Assembly (NCBI GenBank): GCA_050953105.1
Contig: JBMNMA010000009.1
Span: 54,364 to 118,363 of the forward strand
DNA length: 64,000 nt
Direction: 5' to 3'
Source of the DNA: Eubacteriales bacterium
GTDB taxonomy: Bacteria; Bacillota; Clostridia; Oscillospirales; CAG-382
The notes under the pieces were generated by a model that searched no databases, was not told where the DNA came from, and saw only the letters and a list, made by a program, of their open reading frames with translations. Below, in pieces: positions 1 to 8,807 of the stretch. Every line of letters begins with the position of its first letter. The stretch's first letter is position 1. The position numbers were made by a program, and so were the translations under genes.

Positions 1-228
1 CTGGCACATATTTTATACCGTTACAGTAAAAGCGGGATAAAAATATATCATTACCGTGACAAACAAAAACCCAGAGAGGTATCTATTGTAAAACCCTCCG
101 GTTTCAGAAGCCTGTTTTACAGATTCAAAGTGACCTTTAAATTAACGCGCAACCCTGCTGGCGGATTCGGCGGCCAAATACCCGAACCTGTAGAAGGATC
201 GACATTCGGCTACTACGGAATAGGCTGA
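1..228 (+). CDS. 3' end of a hypothetical protein (partial, runs off window start)
   Basis: Frame 1 is open from base 1 to TGA at 226-228 (...NPAGGFGGQIPEPVEGSTFGYYGIG*). No recognisable motif. Confidence 0.3.
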   Translation: MAHILYRYSKSGIKIYHYRDKQKPREVSIVKPSGFRSLFYRFKVTFKLTRNPAGGFGGQIPEPVEGSTFGYYGIG

Positions 229-345
229 AATCAGTAAATAATTATAAACATTGCTTTATTATGTAAAATGATGTATAATTAAGACAGGTGAACCTTTTGC
301 TTATCGGTGGTTAGTCTTATTTATGGTGTCCAAGGGGGATAAAAC

Positions 346-1170
346 ATGAAATATAATGCGGAATCGTTAGAAAAAGAACCCATTAATATTGCCGAAGGTA
401 TTTATTGGGTGGGTTATTCCGATGAAAACAGGGGCCTTCACTGCAATCCGTATCTTATTATCGAGGGGGATGAAGCCGTTTTAATTGATGGCGGCAACCG
501 TGACGATTTCAGCACCGTCATGCTAAAAATCCTCAGAACAGGGCTTCAACCTTCACAAATTAACAGGCTTATATACCAGCACTATGACCCTGATCTCTGC
601 GGCAGCCTGCCTCAGCTTGAAGCAATAATTAATAACGATGACCTTAAAATTATCTCCCATTATGAAAATAATGTTTTCATTCATTATTATTCTGCCAAAA
701 CCGAAAAACTCGATTTTCGTGAATTGGGTCACTATTATGAATTCAAAACAGGCAGACGGCTGGAGTTTTACGCCATCCCTTATTGTCATCAACCGGGCAG
801 CTTTGTTACGTATGACGTAAAAACAAAAACTCTGTTTACAAGCGATTTGTTCGGCAGTTTTGACACCCGGTGGAAACTGTTTTTGGACTTGGACGAAGCC
901 TGCCGGGAATGCAACGATAATAATGAGTGTCAGTTAAATTTGAAAAAATGCACCATAAACGGTATCGTTAAGTTTCATCAAAGGGTTATGACGTCAAACA
1001 GAGCTTTGAAAAACGCTCTCAATACCGTCGCAAAACTAGATGTGGACAGAATAGCACCCCAGCACGGCAGCATTATATCCACCAAAGAGGATGTAAAAGC
1101 GGTAATCAGGATGCTTGATTCTGTCACAAATGTCGGTATTGATTATGTTTTATCCGAGGATAACGTATGA
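346..1170 (+). CDS. Di-iron metallo-beta-lactamase-fold protein, flavodiiron N-domain / ODP-like, without flavodoxin domain
   Basis: 274-aa ORF. N-terminal IAEGIYWVG...NPYLIIEGDEAVLIDGG is typical of the FprA/ODP beta-lactamase-like domain. Candidate metal ligand segments are QHYDPDL, YCHQPGS, TSDLFGS and PQHGS. The stop overlaps the next start (ATGA at 1167-1170). Confidence 0.6.
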   Translation: MKYNAESLEKEPINIAEGIYWVGYSDENRGLHCNPYLIIEGDEAVLIDGGNRDDFSTVMLKILRTGLQPSQINRLIYQHYDPDLCGSLPQLEAIINNDDLKIISHYENNVFIHYYSAKTEKLDFRELGHYYEFKTGRRLEFYAIPYCHQPGSFVTYDVKTKTLFTSDLFGSFDTRWKLFLDLDEACRECNDNNECQLNLKKCTINGIVKFHQRVMTSNRALKNALNTVAKLDVDRIAPQHGSIISTKEDVKAVIRMLDSVTNVGIDYVLSEDNV

Positions 1171-2438
1171 ACAACCGGTATTTGAAACTTCAGAACGTTT
1201 TGTCAAAAGGTCTGCAATCTAACGACGATATTATAACCTTTTCGTTAGAAAGCTTTGCAAAGGAAATAGACTATTTAAATCAAACCGAGCTGCTGACCAA
1301 ACTTATACTCGAGCATTCCGCCATAGCCAAGCGTCTTGATGAGATAAATAAAGAACTATCCTACAGCCGCGAAATACTTGCCGAAGCCCAGGCAATTGCG
1401 CAGTTGGGCAGGTGGGACATTGATTCATCAACAGGCAGTATGATCTGGTCTGATTCGATGTATTCAATTCTTGAAATCGATAAATCTACCCCCGCAACAT
1501 TGGAACTGTTTTTATCATTTGTGTATCCGGACGACCGTGAACAGGTTACAGAGATGTTTAAAAATATGTTTGTTACGCAAAAGTCCTGGACAACCAGATA
1601 CAGGCTTTTAATGAAAAGCGGGGAAATAAAATGGGTACACTTAAGGTTTTATACCAAGTTTAACGAAAAAGGCTATCATACCCATTATTACGGGACAATT
1701 CAGGACGTCACCGAAATGAAAAAGGCTGAGGACGAGCTTGAAAAATACAGCCATCACCTTGAAAAGCTGGTGGAGGAAAAAGTCAAGGAAATATCCTCCT
1801 CCCAAATGGCAACATTGTATGCGTTAATAAAGCTGTCGGAATCACGGGATGACGATACGGGGGAGCATATCGAGCGGACGGCAAGTTTCTGCAAGCTGCT
1901 TGCGCAGAAAGCCCGGACTGCACCCGAATATGCAGAAACCATAACCGATACATTTATTGAAACAATCTATAAAGCCAGTCCGCTACATGATATCGGAAAG
2001 GTCGGCATACCTGACAGTATACTGCTAAAACCCGGTAAGCTTACCGAAGATGAGTTTGCCATTATGAAAACCCACGTTCAGATAGGTTATGACACGTTAA
2101 CAAAAGTCGGACAGCAGTATAACAAGAATGAATTTATATTAATGGGCATGGACATTGCTTTATACCATCACGAAAAATGGAACGGCAGCGGTTATAATAA
2201 AGGACTTAAGGGGGAAGAAATACCCTTATCCGCACGGATTATGGCACTTGCCGATGTTTATGATGCGCTGCGCTCAAAACGAGTATATAAAGATGCCTTT
2301 TCACATGAAAAAAGTATTGATATTATTAAGTCAAGCAAAGGAACCCACTTTGATCCGGTGCTTGTAGATATCTTTGTAAATTATCAGGATGAGTTTAAAT
2401 CATTGTATGAATCATTAAGCAGTCACAACGGTATGTAA
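1167..2438 (+). CDS. PAS domain-containing HD-GYP (c-di-GMP phosphodiesterase-type) signalling protein
   Basis: Central PAS-like segment (GRWDIDSSTGSMIWSDSMYSILE...). C-terminal HD-GYP motifs are PLHDIGKVGIPDSILLKPGKLT and YHHEKWNGSGYNKGLKGEEIPLSARIMALADVYDAL. Confidence 0.85.
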   Translation: MNNRYLKLQNVLSKGLQSNDDIITFSLESFAKEIDYLNQTELLTKLILEHSAIAKRLDEINKELSYSREILAEAQAIAQLGRWDIDSSTGSMIWSDSMYSILEIDKSTPATLELFLSFVYPDDREQVTEMFKNMFVTQKSWTTRYRLLMKSGEIKWVHLRFYTKFNEKGYHTHYYGTIQDVTEMKKAEDELEKYSHHLEKLVEEKVKEISSSQMATLYALIKLSESRDDDTGEHIERTASFCKLLAQKARTAPEYAETITDTFIETIYKASPLHDIGKVGIPDSILLKPGKLTEDEFAIMKTHVQIGYDTLTKVGQQYNKNEFILMGMDIALYHHEKWNGSGYNKGLKGEEIPLSARIMALADVYDALRSKRVYKDAFSHEKSIDIIKSSKGTHFDPVLVDIFVNYQDEFKSLYESLSSHNGM

Positions 2439-2489
2439 TTCAAAAAGATAAAATTGTGGCATTATCAGCTAAGAAAGGATGGTATCTAT

Positions 2490-3315
2490 ATGGAACGGAA
2501 AATCAGCCAGCTTGTCAGGGGATACAGAACTACGGACGGGGCTGGGGTAAGTTTGGTGAGAGTTCTTGGAAACCAGACTGTTTATAGATATGATCCTATT
2601 TTAATGCTCGACTCCTTTGACAGCACAAACCCTGACGATTACATTGCAGGGTTCCCCATGCATCCCCACAGAGGTATCGAAACTATCAGTTATGTATATC
2701 ATGGGCATATGACTGGGGAATGAGGATACCATAGGTGACGGCGAGGTGCAATGGATGACGGCAGGCTCCGGCATAATGCATGAAGAAAAGCTGCCTGCCG
2801 CAACACGCCTGCTTGGCGTTCAGTTATGGCTGAATCTGCCTGCAAAGGATAAAATGGCTCCTCCGGCGTATCACAGCATTAAAAATAAAGATATTACGGA
2901 AATTAATTTTAATTGGGGCAAGCTGAGATTGCTTGCAGGGGAATTTGAAGGAAAAAAAGGATATATCAGCAAATACCTTCCCCTTGACTATTACGATTTG
3001 CATATTAATCCGAATCAATCTGTTATTATAAATACAGAAAGCGATCGCTCTGTTATGCTGTTTACACTTCTTGGTGATGCATATATCGGCGGGGAATTGG
3101 TGAAAGAAAAAACTGCGGTAAAACTGACGTCCGGCGACCAGGTTGAAATAAAGGCCACAGATGATAAGGCGCAGGTGTTATTCATAAGCTCCAAACGGCT
3201 CGACGAGCCGGTGGCCTGGGGCGGTCCTATTGTAATGAACACCAGAGAAGAATTGAACCAAGCCTTTGATGATTTAAGAAGAGGCACGTTCTTACGGGAC
3301 AAAATTGCATATTAA
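2490..3315 (+). pseudogene. Pirin family protein, interrupted by a +1 frameshift
   Basis: ORF 2454..2723 carries HPHRGIETISYV. ORF 2746..3315 continues in another frame with the pirin motif (GDGE)VQWMTAGSGIMHEE. The frames can only be joined between 2713 and 2720, where a GGGG run sits (2715-2718). SD AAGGATGG precedes ATG 2490. Confidence 0.8.
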
Positions 3316-3342
3316 GAGCAGAAACAGGGAGGAAAAGTTAAA

Positions 3343-3897
3343 TTGAAACGATTAAAAATAACAGCCATTGTCGGGTCTTTACGGAAAGAATCATTTAACC
3401 GTCAACTGGCTTTAGCGGTAAAAGAAATGATTGGGGACCGGGCTGATTTTGAATTTCTTGAATACCGGGACGTCCCGCTATTTGACCAGGATATTGAATA
3501 TCCGGCACCCGAGTCTGTAAAACGTGTTCGGGATATAGTTAAATCTTCGGACGGTATATGGTTTTTCACCCCCGAATACAATCACTTTTTCCCGGGTGTG
3601 CTAAAAAATCTTATAGACTGGCTGTCCCGTCCGGTCAGCAAAACAGAGCCGCAGGTGCTTGCGGGCAAACCTGCCGCCATCAGCGGTATAACGCCGGGTA
3701 TGTCCGGTACAGGCTTGGCGCAAGACCATCTTGTAACACTAATCAGCTATTTAAACATGAATGTTATGAACGCACCCCGTCTTACCATTCCTTATGCCCT
3801 GCAGCAGCTTGACGGAGACGGAAAGCTGGCACTTAAAGAAAGCAAGCCGTTTTTAGAAAATCAGGTAAATGCTTTTTTAACCTTTATTGCAAAATAA
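3343..3897 (+). CDS. NAD(P)H-dependent FMN reductase family oxidoreductase
   Basis: N-terminal LKITAIVGSLRKESFNRQLA and TPEYNHFFPGVLKNLIDWLSRP are typical of the FMN_red/ChrR-like family. TTG start 8 nt after GGGAGGAA. Confidence 0.8.
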   Translation: MKRLKITAIVGSLRKESFNRQLALAVKEMIGDRADFEFLEYRDVPLFDQDIEYPAPESVKRVRDIVKSSDGIWFFTPEYNHFFPGVLKNLIDWLSRPVSKTEPQVLAGKPAAISGITPGMSGTGLAQDHLVTLISYLNMNVMNAPRLTIPYALQQLDGDGKLALKESKPFLENQVNAFLTFIAK

Positions 3898-3987
3898 GCA
3901 ATTCAGCAACCGGCGGCTTAATAAATTTTATCACGGCTCATACGGGAGCAAACCACCCGTAAATATATAAAAAAGAGGAGACTAAGC

Positions 3988-4551
3988 ATGAGAAGTTTTA
4001 CAACATTAGACCTTCAGTATGCGCACAGATTTTATGGTTTCAAAGGCGAAGCTCAGTATCTGCACGGACACACGGGGATTCTTACAATCGAAGTGGAAGA
4101 CGACGTAAACATGGGAGTAAACATGGTATTTCCATGTAACGAAATCAAAAAAACAGCCTGGGAGGTTTTACAAAACTTCGACCATGCGCTGATTTTAAGG
4201 GAAGACGATCCGCTGCTTCCTGCCATTCTTAGCGTTTACGAGGAGCAGGGCATAAGAAACGGCACACCCACCAATAAGCAAAAAGGCCCCGCATTCAAAA
4301 CAGAACTTGCAACAGCTTATCCGGAATGCCGTCTGGTTGTCACCAAAGAGACCATGACTGTAGAAGGCATGATAAAAATCGTTTACGATTTACTTAAGGA
4401 CAAGCTGAACATAGTTAAAATCACCTTCACAAGCGGTGTTAACGGCGCAACGGAGGAATACGAACCCAAAAAGGAAATTGACCGTTGCCCATTATGCGGC
4501 GTTGCGTTAGGCGAAAACGGCGTTTGCCCCAAATGCGGATATAGGAAATAA
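3988..4551 (+). CDS. 6-pyruvoyl-tetrahydropterin synthase / QueD-family protein with C-terminal zinc ribbon
   Basis: AHRFYGFKGEAQYLHGHTG...FDHALIL matches the PTPS-fold His motif. The C-terminal CPLCG...CPKCGY is a CxxC...CxxC ribbon. SD AGAGGAG. Confidence 0.65.
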   Translation: MRSFTTLDLQYAHRFYGFKGEAQYLHGHTGILTIEVEDDVNMGVNMVFPCNEIKKTAWEVLQNFDHALILREDDPLLPAILSVYEEQGIRNGTPTNKQKGPAFKTELATAYPECRLVVTKETMTVEGMIKIVYDLLKDKLNIVKITFTSGVNGATEEYEPKKEIDRCPLCGVALGENGVCPKCGYRK

Positions 4552-4662
4552 TCAAGTCTTTCAGAATGTAAACCGCCACAAGGCATCCGTTAATATCAAC
4601 GTATAATGATACTAAATCAGGCAGTGATGTATTATCACTGCCTGATTGTTTTTGAACAGAGG

Positions 4663-5223
4663 TCAACTCTGTATGGTTTCGTAATAATTTTCAATTAATT
4701 CGTAAATATTATCTTCAAAAAATATATTATAAGTGTAAACTAAGGTTTCTTTACCTGAATTTAAGGTTTTGGATTCCAAAATATTCGCTGAATTATCTTC
4801 GTATAAACACAATGCAAAAACATCTCGATTATTCGTATCTTTAAAAACTATCTTGTATACGTTTTTACCGGTACGAGATGAATTGTATTCGGAAATCTTT
4901 TCCATTTCAGTAGGGAAAATCTCGAAATCAATCTTTTTATTCTCAATAATATCAATAAGCGAATTGATTTTTTCAGTATCATTTACTGAAATAATTTGCG
5001 CTTTAGTAGCAATGCTACTCGTCATTGATGGCACTACATAAGATGATATATCTACTTTTGCAATATTATCAATATCCACCTCTATTAATTCATTCCAACT
5101 CATATTAGTGGTGGAAATGTTTTCGTTTGGATTTTCGTTATTCTTGCAGCTCATCATAGATACAAGCATTAGTCCAATAAAAAAGATTAGAATAACCTTC
5201 CTCGTTGAGTTTGTTTTTCTCAT
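4663..5223 (-). CDS. Hypothetical lipoprotein
   Basis: Signal peptide plus lipobox (LVSMMSC). ATG at 5223 lies 8 nt after AAAGGAG; the track start at 5232 is a GTG inside the SD. No known domain recognised. Confidence 0.6.
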   Translation of the reverse strand: MRKTNSTRKVILIFFIGLMLVSMMSCKNNENPNENISTTNMSWNELIEVDIDNIAKVDISSYVVPSMTSSIATKAQIISVNDTEKINSLIDIIENKKIDFEIFPTEMEKISEYNSSRTGKNVYKIVFKDTNNRDVFALCLYEDNSANILESKTLNSGKETLVYTYNIFFEDNIYELIENYYETIQS

Positions 5224-5251
5224 TATAATCACTCCTTTCTAAATCTTTAGC

Positions 5252-5298
5252 AAAAAAAGCGCATAGATAGCTCCGTCAAAGCAGTTCTACCCATGCGC
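5252..5298 (-). terminator. Intrinsic terminator/attenuator between the small ORF and the lipoprotein gene
   Basis: On the minus strand, GCGCATGGGTAGA...TCTATCTATGCGC forms an imperfect 12-bp stem followed by TTTTTTT. The U-run ends about 12 nt before the SD of the lipoprotein gene. Confidence 0.55.
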
Positions 5299-5300
5299 TG

Positions 5301-5396
5301 TTATATTACAATTTTTAGTTGCCCTCTGCACCATTGAAAGCGACATCTAAACACATTCTGCGACAGGTAAAACTGCTTTTGCATAATATTATTCAT
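5301..5396 (-). CDS. Candidate 31-aa small ORF / leader peptide (MNNIMQKQFYLSQNVFRCRFQWCRGQLKIVI)
   Basis: Not in the track (under 60 aa). ATG lies 5 nt after GGAGGTG and is downstream of a consensus promoter. Followed by a terminator. Confidence 0.3.
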   Translation of the reverse strand: MNNIMQKQFYLSQNVFRCRFQWCRGQLKIVI

Positions 5397-5428
5397 AATG
5401 ACACCTCCACATTAATATCTTTGTAGTT

Positions 5429-5457
5429 ATTATATCATATCTTCGTTGAATTGTCAA
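5429..5457 (-). promoter_or_regulatory. Consensus sigma-A-type promoter (TTGACA-17-TATAAT)
   Basis: The minus strand reads TTGACA attcaacgaagatatga TATAAT, about 30 nt upstream of the SD of the small ORF. Confidence 0.55.
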
Positions 5458-5490
5458 TATTTTCAGTTTCATTATTATACTCTTAGATAA

Positions 5491-6953
5491 GGTACAATAA
5501 GTTGCGCAAATTGAAAGAGGCAAAAAAGTAGACACGGCTTGCCGGTCTCTGGTAGAATGAAGTTGCTATACAAACATTCGAAAGGAGACGACAAATCATG
5601 TCCAACAACATTGTACAATTCAACGAGGAAATTATCAAGGGGCAAATTAAAGAATTGGTTCGAGGCAGCGTTGAGGAAACCCTCAATGAGCTTCTGGAAG
5701 CGGAGGCTGAGAAACTGACCCAGGCTGCCCGCTACGAGCGCAGTGAGGCTCGTCAGGGCTACCGAAGCGGTCACTATGACCGGAACCTGACCACCACCTC
5801 CGGAGATGTGACGCTTCATGTGCCCCGTCTCAAGGGCATCTCCTTCGAGACCGCCATCATCGAGCGTTACCGCCGCCGGGAGAGCAGCGTGGAGGAAGCC
5901 CTTATCGAGATGTACCTGGCTGGTGTATCCGTGCGCCGTGTGGAGGACATTACCGAGGCTCTGTGGGGCAGCAAGGTATCCGCATCCACCATCAGCGAAC
6001 TGAACAAGAAAGCCTATGTCAACATTGAGGCCTGGCGCAACCGTCCTCTGCAAGGCGGCAAGTACCCTTATGTGTATGTGGATGGTATCTACCTCAAGCG
6101 AAACTGGGGCGGTGAGTACGAAAATGTTGCTGTTTTGGTGGCAATTGCCGTGAATGAGGAGGGTTACCGTGAGGTTTTGGGTGCAGCCGAAGGCATGAAG
6201 GAGGACAAGGCAAGCTGGGTCAGCTTCTTCCAGTGGCTTCGCGGACGTGGCCTTGAAGGAGTGAAACTCATCGTCGGTGACAAATGCCTGGGAATGCTGG
6301 AGGCCGTGGGAGAAGTGTTTCCCGAGGCGAAGTACCAACGCTGTGTGGTGCATTTCTACCGGAATGTGTTCTCGGTGGTTCCCAAGTCCAAGGTGAAGAA
6401 TGTGGCGAAGATGCTCAAGGCGATCCACGCTCAGGAGAGCAAGAAGGCATCCCGGGAGAAGGCTGCCGCAGTAGTTGCCGAGCTGAAGGCCATGAAGCTG
6501 CCAGAGGCAGCGAAGAAGGTTGAGGCTGGCATCGAGGAAACTCTGACCTACTGTGACTTTCCCTCTGAGCATTGGACGAAGATCCGAACCAACAATGTAA
6601 TCGAGCGGATGAACCGGGAGATCCGGCGCAGGACGAGGGTAATCGGCGCGTTCCCAGACGGAAATTCGGCACTGATGTTGGTATGTGCCCGGCTGCGTCA
6701 TGTGGCAGGAACCCAATGGGGCAACAAGAAGTACATGAATATGAAGCACCTGAAGGCCATGGAAATGGAAACCGTAGCCGGGTGATAGCAGCCAGGTCAC
6801 AAAGCGTCAAGGGCAAGACGAGCGGCGTACCGCCGCCCTTGACCCTTTGCGCCCTGCCTGCTGAAAAGTAACCAAAGGGCGGTTAAGCCGCCCTCTGTAA
6901 TAGATTTCTGCCAGATTCCAAAATCAATTTTGCGCATAACTCTTGACATTACC
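5491..6953 (+). mobile_element. IS256-family insertion sequence (ends approximate)
   Basis: Single mutator-type transposase gene. It forms a visibly GC-rich block in AT-rich flanks. Imperfect terminal inverted repeats: GGTACAATAAGTTGCGCAAATTGA (5491-) versus the reverse complement of 6921-6953, GGTAATGTCAAGAGTTATGCGCAAAATTGA. I could not find a clean target-site duplication. Confidence 0.75.
5598..6785 (+). CDS. IS256 family transposase
   Basis: 395 aa. It reads LNELLEAEAEKLTQAARYERSEARQGYRSGHYDRNLTTTSGDVTLHVPRLKG...YPYVYVDGIYLKRNW...QRCVVHFYRNV...IRTNNVIERMNREIRRRTRV, a classic IS256/mutator DDE pattern. Confidence 0.95.
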   Translation: MSNNIVQFNEEIIKGQIKELVRGSVEETLNELLEAEAEKLTQAARYERSEARQGYRSGHYDRNLTTTSGDVTLHVPRLKGISFETAIIERYRRRESSVEEALIEMYLAGVSVRRVEDITEALWGSKVSASTISELNKKAYVNIEAWRNRPLQGGKYPYVYVDGIYLKRNWGGEYENVAVLVAIAVNEEGYREVLGAAEGMKEDKASWVSFFQWLRGRGLEGVKLIVGDKCLGMLEAVGEVFPEAKYQRCVVHFYRNVFSVVPKSKVKNVAKMLKAIHAQESKKASREKAAAVVAELKAMKLPEAAKKVEAGIEETLTYCDFPSEHWTKIRTNNVIERMNREIRRRTRVIGAFPDGNSALMLVCARLRHVAGTQWGNKKYMNMKHLKAMEMETVAG

Positions 6954-7178
6954 GTTGTGAGATCTGTTGCTTTTATTCCTTGATATATAATGATCGGTCT
7001 ATATTAATTTTGAATTAATAAATGCAAAGCTATTAATTAGGATTGAATTTAATTTCAGATTATGGTAAAATAAAAAAATGATTATAAATTATATAATTCT
7101 ATTTCCATTCAACGAGGTTTTAAAAGCAATCGGATTGAAATAACTAACCGAATGATTATTAATATGAGGTATAAAATA

Positions 7179-7655
7179 ATGAGCAAATTAACATTCAGAT
7201 ACGCAAATCGTGAAGATACCGGGCTTATTTTACAGTTTATCAAAGAGCTTGCCGAATACGAAAAAATGTTAAATGAAGTTGTTGCGGATGAAAAAACACT
7301 TGAGGAATGGATTTTTGACAAACAAAAAGCAGAGGTTTTCTTTGCCCTTGAAGACGGCAAGGAGGTCGGCTTTGCGATTTATTTTTATAATTTTTCATCT
7401 TTTCTTGGCCGGGCGGGCATTTATCTTGAGGACATATTTGTAAGGCCGGAATACCGCAGAAAAGGCTATGGCAAAGCAATGCTTAGGAAACTTGCTTCTA
7501 TTGCGGTGGAGCGTGGCTGCGGACGCCTGGAGTGGAGCTGCCTTGACTGGAACAAACCCAGCATTGATTTTTATTTATCCCTCGGCGCCATACCAATGTC
7601 CGACTGGACGGTTTACCGCATTACAGGCGACACCCTTACTTCGCTTGCAGAGTGA
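7179..7655 (+). CDS. GNAT family N-acetyltransferase (diamine/spermidine acetyltransferase-like)
   Basis: MSKLTFRYANREDTGLILQFIKELAEYEK...LEDIFVRPEYRRKGYGKAMLRKLA...DWNKPSIDFYLSLGA. ATG 7179 lies 8 nt after GAGGT; the track start 7152 is less likely. Confidence 0.8.
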   Translation: MSKLTFRYANREDTGLILQFIKELAEYEKMLNEVVADEKTLEEWIFDKQKAEVFFALEDGKEVGFAIYFYNFSSFLGRAGIYLEDIFVRPEYRRKGYGKAMLRKLASIAVERGCGRLEWSCLDWNKPSIDFYLSLGAIPMSDWTVYRITGDTLTSLAE

Positions 7656-7768
7656 GAATGCTTTGAAAAATATTCATAGTGTTGAAAAGACAAACATCAA
7701 CCGGTGTAAAATTTAATTCAATGTGTTCTACTGGATAAATATAAACCGCATAAGGTTTATAATTGTAA

Positions 7769-8770
7769 ATGAGGGATAGTAATGCTTACGGAAGCACAAG
7801 CGGCAGATATGGCATGTTTGTTTACAAAAAACATTACATCAATAAAAACCTTAACAGCTTTCACAATGAGGTATATGAGGTATGCGGCAATATTACTTTT
7901 ATTCTCCGTGTTTCTGAAGGGAAACGGGATGAGGAAACAAAGGCCGAAATTGATTTTTTATTATATCTCAAAAAAACTTTGTTCCCAGCAGCACCCCCTA
8001 TCGAGTCATTACAAAACAAGTATGTTCATCTGGCATTTATTGATGATATATGCTATACCGTCTCTGCCTATCAAAAGGCAAAGGGCAAGGATTGCTGGTC
8101 AAGGGGCATTGACGGCAAGGAAAGGTTTAAAGTAATCGGCCAAACATTGGGGAAAATGCACAGGCTATCAATGCAGTATTACTGTAATAATAAAGTCAAA
8201 CGCAGGCAGTGGGATGAAAACCCCCATATATTAAAAGCGCATGGTATATTATTCAATTACAATAAAGAGCTGGCGGATAAATTTAATTCCTACATAGCGT
8301 TAATGAATAATTTTCCTAAGAAAAACAGCAGTTTCGGGCTTATCCATGGCGATTTTTTATTTTCAAATTACTTTTTTGATGATAAAAATAATATTTCGGT
8401 TTTCGACTTTGATGAGTGCGAATACTCATGGTATATTTATGACATAGCCGTCTGTATGTACTATTATCTCCTTGGCGGTGATCCCACCGAGCTTTGCGAA
8501 AAGGCTAATGAAGCTGAGGATATGTTTTTTCATATTATGTCGGGGTATGTATCGGAATGTGAGCTTGATTTGGATTGTATAAGAAACATCGACTTGTTTT
8601 TTCAGCTTAGGGATTATGTCTTGCTTTCAAGCATTTTGGAAAAATCAGCCATCAGCCTTAGCGGCTGGAAAAAGAGCTTTGTTGAGGGCGCAACGGATCG
8701 TCTGTTAAACGAAAAACCGTTTATACAAGCGGATTTTGAAAAGGTGTATAAAGCTGTAGGTAATAAATAA
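7769..8770 (+). CDS. Phosphotransferase (APH/choline-kinase-like) family protein
   Basis: Kinase-fold catalytic motifs LIHGDFLFSN (HGDxxxxN) and VFDFDE (DFD). The start codon is uncertain. Confidence 0.6.
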   Translation: MRDSNAYGSTSGRYGMFVYKKHYINKNLNSFHNEVYEVCGNITFILRVSEGKRDEETKAEIDFLLYLKKTLFPAAPPIESLQNKYVHLAFIDDICYTVSAYQKAKGKDCWSRGIDGKERFKVIGQTLGKMHRLSMQYYCNNKVKRRQWDENPHILKAHGILFNYNKELADKFNSYIALMNNFPKKNSSFGLIHGDFLFSNYFFDDKNNISVFDFDECEYSWYIYDIAVCMYYYLLGGDPTELCEKANEAEDMFFHIMSGYVSECELDLDCIRNIDLFFQLRDYVLLSSILEKSAISLSGWKKSFVEGATDRLLNEKPFIQADFEKVYKAVGNK

Positions 8771-8807
8771 TGAATACATCTATGAATGAAAAAACGGAGT
8801 TAGTAAA

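Noticed and set aside
3940-3987. PreQ1-I-like element upstream of the PTPS/QueD-family gene: hairpin ACGGG-10 nt-CCCGT plus an A-rich tail reaching the SD
   Set aside because: The architecture is superficially similar, but I cannot find the loop/tail pseudoknot complementarity or the conserved loop nucleotides, and the downstream protein is not a clear QueD. It would need cmsearch (RF00522) to revive.
5475-6800. 441-aa minus-strand ORF (plus several smaller ones) covering the IS element
   Set aside because: It is antisense to the unmistakable IS256 transposase. Its low-complexity Leu/Gly/His/Pro-rich translation is typical of stop-poor GC-rich DNA, and it has no motif.
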